DNA of 64,000 nt from an uncultured Actinomycetes bacterium (GCA_963709345.1 CAVPVX010000004.1:288001-352000); one strand, 5' to 3'. Positions 1 to 9,179 are shown, counted from the first letter of the stretch. Notes: generated by a model not told the origin, from the sequence alone. Made by a program: numbers and translations.

Positions 1-1
1 C

Positions 2-1174
2 GCCGGTGAGCTGTACGACGAATGGTCGGCCGGTTGCGACCTCCTGGCGCTCGTCGCGGTCGAGCCGGCGCTGGACCGCTGGCAGGGCATCGAGGGTTCT
101 CGCGCCGTGGACGTCGCCACGGCGCTCGACGCTCCGCTCGTCCTCGTGGTCGACGCGCGCGACCGTGGCGTCACCGCGGCCGCTGCCGCGGTCGGGGTGC
201 GCTCGCTCGCGCCCAGCGTCGAGTTCGCCGGCGCCGTCGTCGTCGGCGGCGAAGAGCACGGCGCCGCGGAGGGCCTGCGCAGCATCATCGAAGAGCGCGC
301 CGGGCTTCCCCTGCTCGGATGGATCCCCCCTCAGCTCAGCGAGCAGTTCGTGCGCCAATACTGCTTGGGATCCGGCGCGTTGCGGCAGCTAGGCCCTCGG
401 CCGCCCGGCGGCGGGGCGGTCGCCCTGTGCCGGGAGGCGGCGTCGTACCTCCGGCGTGACGAGCTCGAGGCCGTCGCTTCGCGCCACGGCTTCGTGGCGC
501 CGCGGCCGCGCAAGCTCCTGGCCGCGGTCCCTGCCGCCGCCGGGCTCACCCTCGCCGTCGGGTGGGGTCCGCCCCTCGAGCCGTTCGCCCTGGAGAACGT
601 CGATCTGCTGCACGCTATGGGCCTCGCCCTCGCCCCGCTGCACATCGGCCGCGATCACGAGCTGCCGCCCGGCGTGAGCGGTCTGCTGCTGGCCGGGCTG
701 CTGGACGAGGACGCGCTCGGCGAGTTCGCCGCCAACGCGGAGCTCAAGGCGGCGCTGGCCGCGGCCGTCGCCGGCGGGCTGCCGACCCTGGCGCTGGGCG
801 GCGGCGCCCTCCTCCTGCTCCGCCGCCTCACGGACAGCCGCGGGCGCTCGCGCGAGCTGGCCGGTGTCGTTCCCGCCGAGGCCGAACTGCTCGAGTGGTA
901 CCGGCGCCCGCGCTACGTGCGGGCGCGCGCGGCGCGCGAGAACCCGTACGACCAGGGCGAGGGCGACGTGTGCGAGCTGTTCGACCTCGAGTTCCTCACT
1001 CTGCAGCAGGAGTCGTTTGCCTACCATGTCGGCGAGACGAAGGGGGAGGGTGAGGCCGAGGGGTTCGTCAGCGGGCGGTGCCTCGCCACCACGCTCCTCC
1101 CGACCCTCCCAGCGCGGCCGCAGTTGGCGTCGAGCTTCGTGACCGCCATGCGGTCGGCGGCCTCGGGCGAGTGA
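2..1174 (+). CDS. Cobyrinate a,c-diamide synthase (CobB/CbiA)-like protein, 5'-truncated by the window edge, with a degenerate glutaminase domain
   Basis: The frame of ORF 107..1174 is open from base 2. 'DVATALDAPLVLVVDAR' matches the CobB 'DLAxxLxxPVxLVVDA' segment, followed by 'ENVDLL', 'LPPGVSGLLLAG' and 'GVVPAEAEL' of the type-1 GATase domain. The catalytic 'ECGG' appears as 'LGGG'. Confidence 0.7.
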   Translation, partial: AGELYDEWSAGCDLLALVAVEPALDRWQGIEGSRAVDVATALDAPLVLVVDARDRGVTAAAAAVGVRSLAPSVEFAGAVVVGGEEHGAAEGLRSIIEERAGLPLLGWIPPQLSEQFVRQYCLGSGALRQLGPRPPGGGAVALCREAASYLRRDELEAVASRHGFVAPRPRKLLAAVPAAAGLTLAVGWGPPLEPFALENVDLLHAMGLALAPLHIGRDHELPPGVSGLLLAGLLDEDALGEFAANAELKAALAAAVAGGLPTLALGGGALLLLRRLTDSRGRSRELAGVVPAEAELLEWYRRPRYVRARAARENPYDQGEGDVCELFDLEFLTLQQESFAYHVGETKGEGEAEGFVSGRCLATTLLPTLPARPQLASSFVTAMRSAASGE

Positions 1175-1247
1175 GCCCGTCGTTCGCGGCGCTCGTGCGC
1201 CGGCTACGGCGCCGTCCATCCGGACGGCGTGGGCCGGAGCCGCCGTC

Positions 1248-2915
1248 ATGACGCTCTCCTCGCTGGAGGCCCGGATGCGGTCGAGACGCGGGCTGCTCGC
1301 GCTCTGGCTGACGGCGACGGCCGCCGTCGCCGTCACGACGCTGCTCATGTCCTGGGGCGGCGTGCCCGGCTGGGACGACGCCGCCCACGCCTACAAGGTG
1401 CTTCTCCTGCAGGGCGGCGACTCGGTCTTCTGGGACACGTACTGGTACGGAGGCGCCCACGGCGCCGTCACCTACGGGTTCGTCTACTACTGGCTCGCCC
1501 AGTTCGTTCCCGGCGCGTTGATCACGGTCGTCGCCGGCGGGACCGTGCCCCTGATCTTCTATCTGTACCAGCGGGACATGTGGCGGATCGATGACGTCTG
1601 GCCGGCCTGGTCGTTCGTCCTCGTCGTTTCGCTCTACCAGGCGCACGGTCAGGATCCCTTCGTGCTCGCGCTCGCGCTCTCGCTGGGAGGGCTCGCCCTG
1701 CTCGCCCGGCGGCATCCCCTGTGGGCTGCTCTTCCGGTCTCGATCGGGGTGTTCGCCAACCCCATGGGCCTGGTGGTGATGCTGCCGTTCATGATGGCGG
1801 ACTTCATCGCGCGGCCGGAGACGCGGCGGCGGTACGTCGTGTTCGCCGCCGCGCTCGTGCCGGCCGTCATGGTGCGGCTCGCGATCGGCTGGGCGTTCTT
1901 CGAGCCGGGCGCGTATCTGAACGAGACGTCCCAGCTCATGGTCTTTCTCGGGTTCGCGCTCGCGGGGATCGCGTTGGCGGGCGTCAATGCGGCGCACCAC
2001 CGGCGCCCGTTCGTGGTCCTGTTCGCGACTTACGCCGTCATCTGTGTGGTCTCCTTCGTGACGCCCGGGAGTCCTTTGGGCAACAACATCGGGCGCTTCT
2101 TCATGGTCTTCGGTCTGCCCCTGCTCGTCCTGCTGCGGCACACGCGGCTGCGGCGCCCGCTGCCGTACGCCGAGCTGGCCGTGCTGCCGATCGTGTTGTT
2201 CTCCATGCTGCAGTTCGGCACGGCGGTGAGTCACTTCGCCAACAGCGTCGAGCGGCCGCAGACCACACGCGCCTTCTTCGAGCCGGCGCTCACGGCCGCC
2301 CGACGGCTCCACGACCCCAACTACCGCATCCACGTGGTCGCGCTGCGCCGTCATTGGGAGGCGCTCTACTTCCCCGAGGCCGGCTACCCGATCACTCGGG
2401 GGTGGTACAGGCAGGCGGACGCGATCCACAACAGCCTCTTCTATACGCCCTACGTGGCCGCCGAGTATGCGGGCTGGCTGCGATCCATGGGTGTCGAGTA
2501 CGCCTTCCTCCCGGTAGCCGGCCCTCTCGACCCCTGGAGCCGGCGTGAGGCGCGGCTTCTGGCGACGTCGCCGGCGTTCTCCTTCGTCGAGCAGGCCGGC
2601 GCGTGGCGCATCTACCGGCTGGTCGACGCCCGGCCCCTGCTCGTCCCGCTGCCGGACGTCTCCGGTGAGCGTCGCGGCGACATCCACGAGGTCGGGCACC
2701 GCCGCATCACCTTCACCGTCACGGCGCCGGGCAGGTACCTGCTCAAGTTCACGGCGTCGCCCTACTGGGTGCTCGAGGGTGGCCCGGGGACGGTGCGTCC
2801 CCGGGCGGACCGCTTCATGGAGCTCGATCTGCGGCGAGCCGGGACCTACACGCTCCGCTTCGAGGTCTCGCTTGATACCGCGCTGGAGACGGCGGGCGCC
2901 AGACTCGGGCTCTAG
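1248..2915 (+). CDS. Multi-pass membrane protein with a C-terminal extracytoplasmic domain (possible GT-C/YfhO-like glycosyltransferase)
   Basis: 555-aa ORF with about 10 hydrophobic helices. The first loop reads 'PGWDDAAH...WDTYWYGG' (acidic first-loop motif typical of GT-C-like proteins). GC-rich third positions support coding. Confidence 0.6.
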   Translation: MTLSSLEARMRSRRGLLALWLTATAAVAVTTLLMSWGGVPGWDDAAHAYKVLLLQGGDSVFWDTYWYGGAHGAVTYGFVYYWLAQFVPGALITVVAGGTVPLIFYLYQRDMWRIDDVWPAWSFVLVVSLYQAHGQDPFVLALALSLGGLALLARRHPLWAALPVSIGVFANPMGLVVMLPFMMADFIARPETRRRYVVFAAALVPAVMVRLAIGWAFFEPGAYLNETSQLMVFLGFALAGIALAGVNAAHHRRPFVVLFATYAVICVVSFVTPGSPLGNNIGRFFMVFGLPLLVLLRHTRLRRPLPYAELAVLPIVLFSMLQFGTAVSHFANSVERPQTTRAFFEPALTAARRLHDPNYRIHVVALRRHWEALYFPEAGYPITRGWYRQADAIHNSLFYTPYVAAEYAGWLRSMGVEYAFLPVAGPLDPWSRREARLLATSPAFSFVEQAGAWRIYRLVDARPLLVPLPDVSGERRGDIHEVGHRRITFTVTAPGRYLLKFTASPYWVLEGGPGTVRPRADRFMELDLRRAGTYTLRFEVSLDTALETAGARLGL

Positions 2916-2959
2916 ACCGGGCTGCGGCCGCGAGAGCACCGCTCCCCGAGGCCGGCGTC

Positions 2960-3429
2960 CCACGCCGGTTCGCGGATCTCTACGATCCCGAGAGCAACGT
3001 TACGGCGCTTGTCGACTTTGACAACGACTGCGTGGCGACGAGTCTCGCCTGCGCCCGGGCGCTCGGCGAGCGGCTCTGGGGCGTCCGCCTCGACACGAGC
3101 GAGACACTGGTCGACCGTTCGCTGTGGGACGGCGTGGGCGCGTTTCGCCCCACCGGCGTCGCGCCCGAGTCGGTGCGCGCCGTCCGGCGCGGACTCGACG
3201 ACGAAGGATTCGGCGACGTCCACATCGTCGTCAGCGGGGGGCTTCGACGCGGAGCGCATTCGGCGTTTCGAGGCCGCCGGCGTGCCCGCGGACGCGTACG
3301 GCGTCGGTAGCAGTCTGCTGCGCGGCAGCACCGACTTCACGGCCGACGTCGTTCTACTGGAGGGGTGCCCGTGCGCCAAGGGCGGACGGCTGTACCGGCC
3401 CAATCCGCGTCTCGAGCGCGTCCTGCTAG
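2960..3429 (+). pseudogene. pncB: Nicotinate phosphoribosyltransferase C-terminal remnant, frameshifted
   Basis: 'ALVDFDNDCV...LWGVRLDTSETLVD...IVVSGG', then a +1 shift in the G6 run at 3236-3241, then 'FDAERIRRFE...DAYGVGSSL...DFTADVV...AKGGR..RPNPRL'. The N-terminal half is absent. Confidence 0.75.
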
Positions 3430-3456
3430 TGGCTGCCCGGGCCGAAGGCGCCGCTC

Positions 3457-3898
3457 ATGGACCACAGCACACCGACGCTGCGGACGGCCGCCGCCGTCTT
3501 CCTTGCCGGCATGCACGCACCCGACGACCCGGAGTCCCGGATGTTCTCGCCGCACTGCATGGAGGGCTCGGGGGAGGAGGACGTGGCGCCCGGACTCGCT
3601 GGGTTCGCGGCGCGCGGCGCGCGGCACGTTGGTGCGCAAGCGCACCTGCTCCGGCTTTCGCAGTACCCGACTCAACGGGATCCTGGAGCGACTGTCGCCG
3701 GAGAGCGTCGAGGTGGCCGGCGTGTGCACCGGCATCCGCACCCTGCACACCGTCTGCGATCTGAGGGTCCGGAGCTACGAGGTGGTGGCGCGGCGCGACC
3801 TGGTCGACACGTACGACGCGCCGGGACACGACGCCGACGGGTTCAACCGGTTCGCGTTGGCGCACATCGGCGATGTGCTCGGTGCGCGTGTGGAGTGA
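3457..3898 (+). pseudogene. pncA: Nicotinamidase/isochorismatase-family remnant, frameshifted
   Basis: 'HAPDDPESRMFSPHCMEGS' lies in one frame and 'VRKRTCSGF..T.L...L...SVEVAGVCTGI...HTV.DL..R.YEV' in the next (+1). The N-terminal 'LLVIDM' motif is not recognisable. It sits directly after the pncB remnant. Confidence 0.65.
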
Positions 3899-3961
3899 GG
3901 CGGGCCCTGCCCCCGGGCGGGGACGCGGCGCCTGGGCCCCGTCCGCAAGCGCGAGCGCCGC

Positions 3962-4606
3962 TCAGTCGCCGGCGCCGGGGGTCGAACTTCCGCGGTCCGC
4001 CAAGAGGTCGACGAAGCTCTGTGAGCGCAGGCCGATGGTCGAGCCGGGATCGATCCGCGCCGCGGCCTTCCACTCGTCCTTTGCCTGGTCCACCCGGCCT
4101 TCCGAGAACGAGACGATGGCCAAGGAGTAGTGGGCCTCCTGCTGCTCGGGATGCGCGGCGATAAGGGCTTCCAGGGTCTCCCTGGCTTGTGCCGTATCGC
4201 CCCGGGCGTGCCACACCATCGCCAGGCGTACGGTGGCGGTCGTGTTGTCCGGGTCCTCGTGCAGGGCGCGAGTGAAGGCGCGCTCCGCCTGCGGGAGGCG
4301 CTGACCGAGGAAGTAGGCGTCGCCCAGGTCGAGGAGAAGACCGACGTCTTCGGGGTCGGCCGCGCTCGCCTCTTCGAGGCGCTCGATGTTGCGTCCGACG
4401 TCGTCCGCGTCGGCCTTTGCGGGTTCGGGTTCGTCGGTGTCCGCGATGCTCGGGTGCCCGGACGGCAGAGAGTCCTCGAGGGCCGTCTCGCCCGCCGCCG
4501 TGCTCGTCGCAGGGTCTGAGCCGCCCGATGCCATACCGACGGCGACGATGCCCGTGGCCACCGCGACGGCCGCGCCCATGGCGATGAGTGCCGCTGATCG
4601 TCTCAT
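3962..4606 (-). CDS. Tetratricopeptide-repeat protein with an N-terminal signal/anchor helix and an LPSGHP motif
   Basis: ATG at 4606 (MRRSAALIAMG...). TPR-like helices 'LLDLGDAYF', 'AERAFTRALHEDPDN', 'EAHYSLAIVSF' and 'WKAAARIDP'. Confidence 0.75.
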   Translation of the reverse strand: MRRSAALIAMGAAVAVATGIVAVGMASGGSDPATSTAAGETALEDSLPSGHPSIADTDEPEPAKADADDVGRNIERLEEASAADPEDVGLLLDLGDAYFLGQRLPQAERAFTRALHEDPDNTTATVRLAMVWHARGDTAQARETLEALIAAHPEQQEAHYSLAIVSFSEGRVDQAKDEWKAAARIDPGSTIGLRSQSFVDLLADRGSSTPGAGD

Positions 4607-4773
4607 TGTCGACGCTCGTCCTTCCGTGGGGTCGCGCGGGCGTGGACTCCTCGGCAGGATAGCACCCGGCCTGCCGCTGAACGACCGGGTTCTGCCCGCA
4701 CAGCGACGATATCGACAGGCATCCCGGCGACACCTAACCAAGCTTGACCCGTGCTTAACGCGCAGTCCGCCGC

Positions 4774-4828
4774 TTGACCCGCAGGCAGTACTGAGGTTAG
4801 GCTCAATGAGACAGTTTCTGTCCTGTCT
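4774..4828 (+). promoter_or_regulatory. Sigma70-type promoter and putative Rrf2 operator
   Basis: TTGACC (4774-4779), 18 nt spacer, TAGGCT (4798-4803). Just downstream are overlapping inverted repeats GACAG-TTT-CTGTC (4810-4822) and AGACAG-N8-CTGTCT (4809-4828), upstream of the Rrf2 gene. Confidence 0.5.
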
Positions 4829-4848
4829 AGAGAGGAAAGCGAAGGGCC

Positions 4849-5271
4849 ATGGGATTGCAGCTCACACGCGGCGCCGAGTACGCGATCAGAGCGATGACCT
4901 ATCTGGCCCGTGTCCCCGACGGCCGGGTCGCGTCGCTGCACGAGATCGGTGAGGCGCAGGACATACCCGAGAGCTTCCTCGCGAAGATCCTGCAGAGCCT
5001 GGTCCGTTCCGGTCTTGCCGCGTCACAGCGTGGTGCGCACGGAGGCTTCGCCTTGGCGAGCCCTGCCTCCGCCATCACCATGCAGGACGTGATCGAGGCC
5101 GTTGACGGTCCGATATCGCTCAACCGGTGCGTCTTGTCGCCGGAGGAGTGCGGGCGCAGCGCTTCGTGCGCCGTTCACCGGTCGTGGCTCCGCGCTCAGG
5201 AGCAGCTCATGGACGTGCTGGGTACGGTGACGCTCGAGTCGCTGACCCCGCAGCCGGCGCCGGCCGTCTGA
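4849..5271 (+). CDS. Rrf2 family transcriptional regulator (Fe-S binding type)
   Basis: 'LTRGAEYAIRAM', 'FLAKILQSL', 'RGAHGGF.LA', 'DVIEAVDG', and three Cys plus His in 'CVLSPEECGRSASCAVH'. RBS GAGGA upstream. Confidence 0.92.
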   Translation: MGLQLTRGAEYAIRAMTYLARVPDGRVASLHEIGEAQDIPESFLAKILQSLVRSGLAASQRGAHGGFALASPASAITMQDVIEAVDGPISLNRCVLSPEECGRSASCAVHRSWLRAQEQLMDVLGTVTLESLTPQPAPAV

Positions 5272-5288
5272 CTCGCTTTCGCCGTGGC

Positions 5289-6263
5289 TCAGGCGCTCTC
5301 GTATCCCTCCGGGTGAGCGCGCATCCAGATCCACGCCGAGGCGACGGCGTTCCGCAGGTCCTTCGTGGGCCTCCAGCCCAAGCGCTCCGCCGCCCGCCGG
5401 TTGCTCGCCAGGAGCACCGGGGGATCCCCCGCCCGGCGTTCCACGTGGCGCCGCCGCAGCGGCAGCTTCGTCACGTCTTCCACCACGTCGAGCACACGGC
5501 TCACCGAGGCGCCGTCGCCGGTACCCAGGTTGAACGCACCCTGGGTGGCCGGGAGCGCTTCCAGCGCGGCGATGTGTGCCGCGGCGAGGTCGGCGACGTG
5601 TACGTAGTCGCGCACGCAGGTCCCGTCGTCGGTCGGGTAGTCGGCGCCGTAAACACGGATGGCGGCGCCGTCGCGGGCCGCGCGTAGCGCCAGGGGGATC
5701 AGGTGTGACTCGGGGTCGTGGTCCTCGCCGCACGGCTCCACGGCCCCACAGGCGTTGAAGTAGCGCAGGGCGGTGAAGGCGAGCGTCCCGGCCGCGCGCG
5801 CCTGCTCGAGAAGCCGCTCGCCGGCGAGCTTGGTCTCGCCGTACGGGTTGGCGGGGGCGAGGGGATCGCGTTCGTCGATCGGCGTGCGCCGGGGTTCCCC
5901 GTAGACCGCGGCGGTGGAGCTGAAGACGAGACGGCCGACACACGCCTCGGCCGCGGCTGCGATGACGGACGCCGTCCCGTCGACGTTGACTTCTCGGTAG
6001 CGCTCCGGGTGCTCCACCGACTCACCGACCTCGGCCAGGGCTGCCATGTGGATGATGGCGTCCGCGCGCAGGTCACGCAGTGAGGCCGCGAGTAGCGGCC
6101 CGTCGCGAATGTCTCCGCGCACGAGCCGGGCGCTGCCGGTGACCGCCGCCGCGTGCCCGCGTGAGAGGTCGTCGTAGGCGACGACCTCGTGCCCGTGTTC
6201 GGCGAGGCGCGCGACGATCACGCTGCCGATGTAGCCGGCTCCGCCGGTGACGAGGATGCGCAT
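5289..6263 (-). CDS. galE: UDP-glucose 4-epimerase
   Basis: 'ILVTGGAGYIGS', 'FSSTAAVYG', YxxxK 'YGETK', 'LRYFNACG', 'DGTCVRDYVHV'. Confidence 0.93.
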   Translation of the reverse strand: MRILVTGGAGYIGSVIVARLAEHGHEVVAYDDLSRGHAAAVTGSARLVRGDIRDGPLLAASLRDLRADAIIHMAALAEVGESVEHPERYREVNVDGTASVIAAAAEACVGRLVFSSTAAVYGEPRRTPIDERDPLAPANPYGETKLAGERLLEQARAAGTLAFTALRYFNACGAVEPCGEDHDPESHLIPLALRAARDGAAIRVYGADYPTDDGTCVRDYVHVADLAAAHIAALEALPATQGAFNLGTGDGASVSRVLDVVEDVTKLPLRRRHVERRAGDPPVLLASNRRAAERLGWRPTKDLRNAVASAWIWMRAHPEGYESA

Positions 6264-6318
6264 GCCACGATGCTATCAGCCGGGCGTGGTCCCCGGCTCG
6301 TCCGGCGCGCCCTGAAAG

Positions 6319-6355
6319 GGACGGGCGGGGCGCGCCTGCGGCGCCCCGCCCGTCC
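6319..6355 (-). terminator. Hairpin terminator downstream of the M6 protease gene
   Basis: Perfect 15-bp inverted repeat GGACGGGCGGGGCGC / GCGCCCCGCCCGTCC with a 7-nt loop, followed by CTTT on the minus strand. Confidence 0.6.
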
Positions 6356-6377
6356 GATCGCGTCACGCGACCGCGGA

Positions 6378-8741
6378 TCACTTCTTGTTGTCGACCCAGA
6401 TCGTCATGCCCGTGGAATCCATCGACTTGACCTTGATACGCACGCCGAGGTTCCTGGGGATCTTGACCCCCGCTTCCGGAGCGTCCGCGTACCAGTAGGT
6501 CCTCGAGTCCTTGAACCACGGCTGGGCGAGCTTGCCGGGAGCGGTGCGCTCGCCGACGTTGACACCGGCGTCGTAGTCTTTGAAGTAGATGCTCTCCGTC
6601 CGCGTCGGCTTGAGGCCGAAGGCCGCGTCGCGCACCTGGATGCGCGGCCGCCAGTAGCCGAACGCGCCGTTGTAGGCGACGCCGTCAGGCTTCGGTCGGG
6701 CGTCGACGACCATCCAGCCGCCGCGGCCCAGGTGGGCCGCCACGTCGTTGTCCTGGTAGAAGGTGTCGCGGTAGATGAGGTGCAGGCCGCGGTTGTAGGT
6801 GAACCAGTCGACCCAGCTCCAGTAGCTGTTGTTCCACTGGTAGCAGTTCTTGAGGCTGGCGTCGAAGCCGTCGTGGGTGCGGTACTCCGCGATGTAGTAG
6901 TTGTCGCTCATCACCGTGTACACGCCGTCGACGCGCGACCAGCCGTCGCGGACGAAGGCCGCCACCGGGATGGAGGTGCCCCCGAGCTTGACGTCGGTGA
7001 TCTCCCATCCGCGCCAGGCCACACCGCCGTCGGTGCGGTAACGGAAGCGGAGGTAGACGTCCTGGCCGGCGAAGGGCGAGAGGTCGTACTCGATCGGCGT
7101 CGCCCAATTCTCCGTGTCGATGCCGTTGAGGCCGAAGCCGGCCGGCGCTTCGACTGTGTTGCCGGGGCTCTCGATCGTGGTCCACGAGGCACCGTCGGCG
7201 GAGGCCTCGAGGTACCCGTAGTCGTAGTCCGACTCCATCTCGTACCACACCCGCGCCGTCAGGCTGGGATCGCCGGTGGGGACTGTCCACGCCCCCATCG
7301 TTGTGAGGGTGCTGTTGAGGTCGTCACCCATGCCGGACCACCACTCGGTGGCTCCGTCCTTGCTGCTCAGTTCGATGCTGTGCTTGCGCTTCGGCAGGAG
7401 GATCTTGACGCCGGCCGAACCCATCGTGCCCGTGGCAGCCGGCTGCAGCTTGACGGTGGCCGTCTTGCCGCGATTGACCTCCTTGGGTGTGACGAAGCCT
7501 AGGGCGTACTTGTCCCAGACGTTCATCGGAGCCGGCTTGGTGCCGAGACCCCACTGGCGGCCCAGCCATGAGCCGCTCGCCATGATCGTCCAGAAGCCGG
7601 ACGAGGCGTCACCGGTGGTGCTGGAGTAGTCGTACTCGTCGGGAAGGCCGAGGTCGTGACCGAACTCGTGGCTGATCACACCGGGGTCGCAGTCCTCGGG
7701 ATCGATGGTGTAGTTGTAGGCCCAGATGCCGGTTCCCTCGGGCCCCTGTCCCTCCGTGCCCGGGACCATCTGGCCGGGGAAACCGCCGGGGCCGTCGCCG
7801 TCGTTGACGAGGATCCCCCACGAGTGCGCCCAGATGGCGTCGCTGTCCTGGGCGCCGCCGCCGGCCGACTGGTCGCTGCCGGCGTGGATGATGATGAGGT
7901 GGTCGATGATGCCGTCAGGCTGGTAGAACGAGCCGCCCCTGATGCCGTAGGGGTTCTCGTTGTCGTAGTCGGCCCAGGGGAAGCCCGGGTTCTCCGCTGC
8001 GAACTTCACGACCGCGTCCTGTGCTACCCGGTAGACGTCACCGGTGAGGTCGTCGGTGGACACCCAGGGGTCGCTGTCGGCGCCGTACCACGACTCGGGC
8101 ATGTCGAGCTGTACCCACTCACCGATGTCGCCCTCGAGCGTGAAGGCGCCCTTGGACATCTCGAGGTAGTAGTTGCGAACGGTGTCGCTGCTGGTGCCGC
8201 GGAGGGCGCCGTCGGCGTCGTAGATGCCGAACGAGTTGCCGAAGATCTCCTGCTGGTAGTGCATCGGGCTGAAGTCGCCGGGCCAGAAGGTGGCGTTGTC
8301 GTCGGGCCACGGTGCTGGGATCTCACCGTGCGCCGGCCCCGGCGTCATGGGGCCGGTGGGATCGGGAGCGCCGAGCGGCCAGGATTCATCGCCGAACTCG
8401 ACCAGCAGAACGAGGCACTTGGTCGTGAACGTCTGGGTGGCGCTCGGGTCGGACATGCGACGCGAGAGGTACGCGCCGACCGCGGTCTGCTTGCCCTCGA
8501 GCGTCCGCTTGACCGCCGGCATCTTGCGCTCGTACCGCGGCCCGTCGCCGACGATCGCCTTGACCGTGGCCCTCGCCATGTCAGGCGTCGCGTACTGAGG
8601 GATCAGGCCAAGCTTCTGGAACTTCTTGCCGATCAGCACATCGTTCGGCGCCACGGCGCCGGCCGGCGCCGCCACCAGGATCGTGAGCAGCGCCCCAAGC
8701 ACAGCTCCACAGAAGACTCTTCGCACTGTCGCCCCCTTCAT
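6378..8741 (-). CDS. Secreted M6 family (immune inhibitor A-like) zinc metalloprotease
   Basis: Signal peptide after the ATG at 8741 (RBS GGAGG). Motifs 'LVLLVEFGD', 'DHLIIIHAG', 'IWAHSW', zinc motif 'HEFGHDLGLPDEYD', Met-turn 'WTIMASGSW', and 'LRFRYRTDGG'. Confidence 0.9.
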   Translation of the reverse strand: MKGATVRRVFCGAVLGALLTILVAAPAGAVAPNDVLIGKKFQKLGLIPQYATPDMARATVKAIVGDGPRYERKMPAVKRTLEGKQTAVGAYLSRRMSDPSATQTFTTKCLVLLVEFGDESWPLGAPDPTGPMTPGPAHGEIPAPWPDDNATFWPGDFSPMHYQQEIFGNSFGIYDADGALRGTSSDTVRNYYLEMSKGAFTLEGDIGEWVQLDMPESWYGADSDPWVSTDDLTGDVYRVAQDAVVKFAAENPGFPWADYDNENPYGIRGGSFYQPDGIIDHLIIIHAGSDQSAGGGAQDSDAIWAHSWGILVNDGDGPGGFPGQMVPGTEGQGPEGTGIWAYNYTIDPEDCDPGVISHEFGHDLGLPDEYDYSSTTGDASSGFWTIMASGSWLGRQWGLGTKPAPMNVWDKYALGFVTPKEVNRGKTATVKLQPAATGTMGSAGVKILLPKRKHSIELSSKDGATEWWSGMGDDLNSTLTTMGAWTVPTGDPSLTARVWYEMESDYDYGYLEASADGASWTTIESPGNTVEAPAGFGLNGIDTENWATPIEYDLSPFAGQDVYLRFRYRTDGGVAWRGWEITDVKLGGTSIPVAAFVRDGWSRVDGVYTVMSDNYYIAEYRTHDGFDASLKNCYQWNNSYWSWVDWFTYNRGLHLIYRDTFYQDNDVAAHLGRGGWMVVDARPKPDGVAYNGAFGYWRPRIQVRDAAFGLKPTRTESIYFKDYDAGVNVGERTAPGKLAQPWFKDSRTYWYADAPEAGVKIPRNLGVRIKVKSMDSTGMTIWVDNKK

Positions 8742-8873
8742 CCGACTGACCTCCCTGCAGGCGCCCGGGTCCCGTCGCGATGCTCGCCCCGCGGCCCCGG
8801 GCAAAGATGATGGGAGTGTACTCCCGAAGGAGCGAGGTGGCGATGGGGCTGGCGTGCGGTGCCCCGGGACGAA

Positions 8874-8908
8874 GAACGCCCGCGTGCCGGAGTTGCACGC
8901 GGGCGTTC
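8874..8908 (-). terminator. Hairpin, probable terminator of the FmdB-family gene
   Basis: 14-bp inverted repeat GAACGCCCGCGTGC / GCACGCGGGCGTTC with a 7-nt loop. Confidence 0.5.
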
Positions 8909-8949
8909 GCGGAAAGCCGTCGCCTTGCCGGGCGACGCGGTTGCATCGG

Positions 8950-8967
8950 GCGGCGCGACCGCGCCGC
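8950..8967 (-). promoter_or_regulatory. Candidate bacterial SECIS element
   Basis: On the minus strand, 11 nt after the first TGA: GCGGCGC-GGTC-GCGCCGC. This is a 7-bp stem with a G-initiated apical loop 18 nt from the UGA and no U-tract. Confidence 0.5.
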
Positions 8968-8972
8968 TGATC

Positions 8973-9179
8973 TCAGCCTCAGCCGAAGGGGCTGCCGGTC
9001 GGTACCGAGCAGCCGCCGCCAGAACTGCCTCCGATGCTGCTCAGGAAGCTGGTGAACTTCTGGCTCACGTCCTCGCTCCCGCAGTCCGGGCAGACGCGGT
9101 CTTCATCTTTCAGAAAGCCCTGCCGGAACACCTCGAACTCGTGCCCGCAGGAATCGCAGACCAGATCGTATGACGCCAT
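8973..9179 (-). CDS. FmdB-family zinc-ribbon protein, candidate selenoprotein (ends ...PFG-U-G-stop; ends at 8979 if the first UGA is a stop)
   Basis: ATG at 9179 with RBS AGGAGG. 'YDLVCDSCGHEFE...VCPDCGS' zinc ribbon and Gly-rich tail 'GGGCSVPTGSPFG', followed by TGA GGC TGA and a hairpin. Confidence 0.85.
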
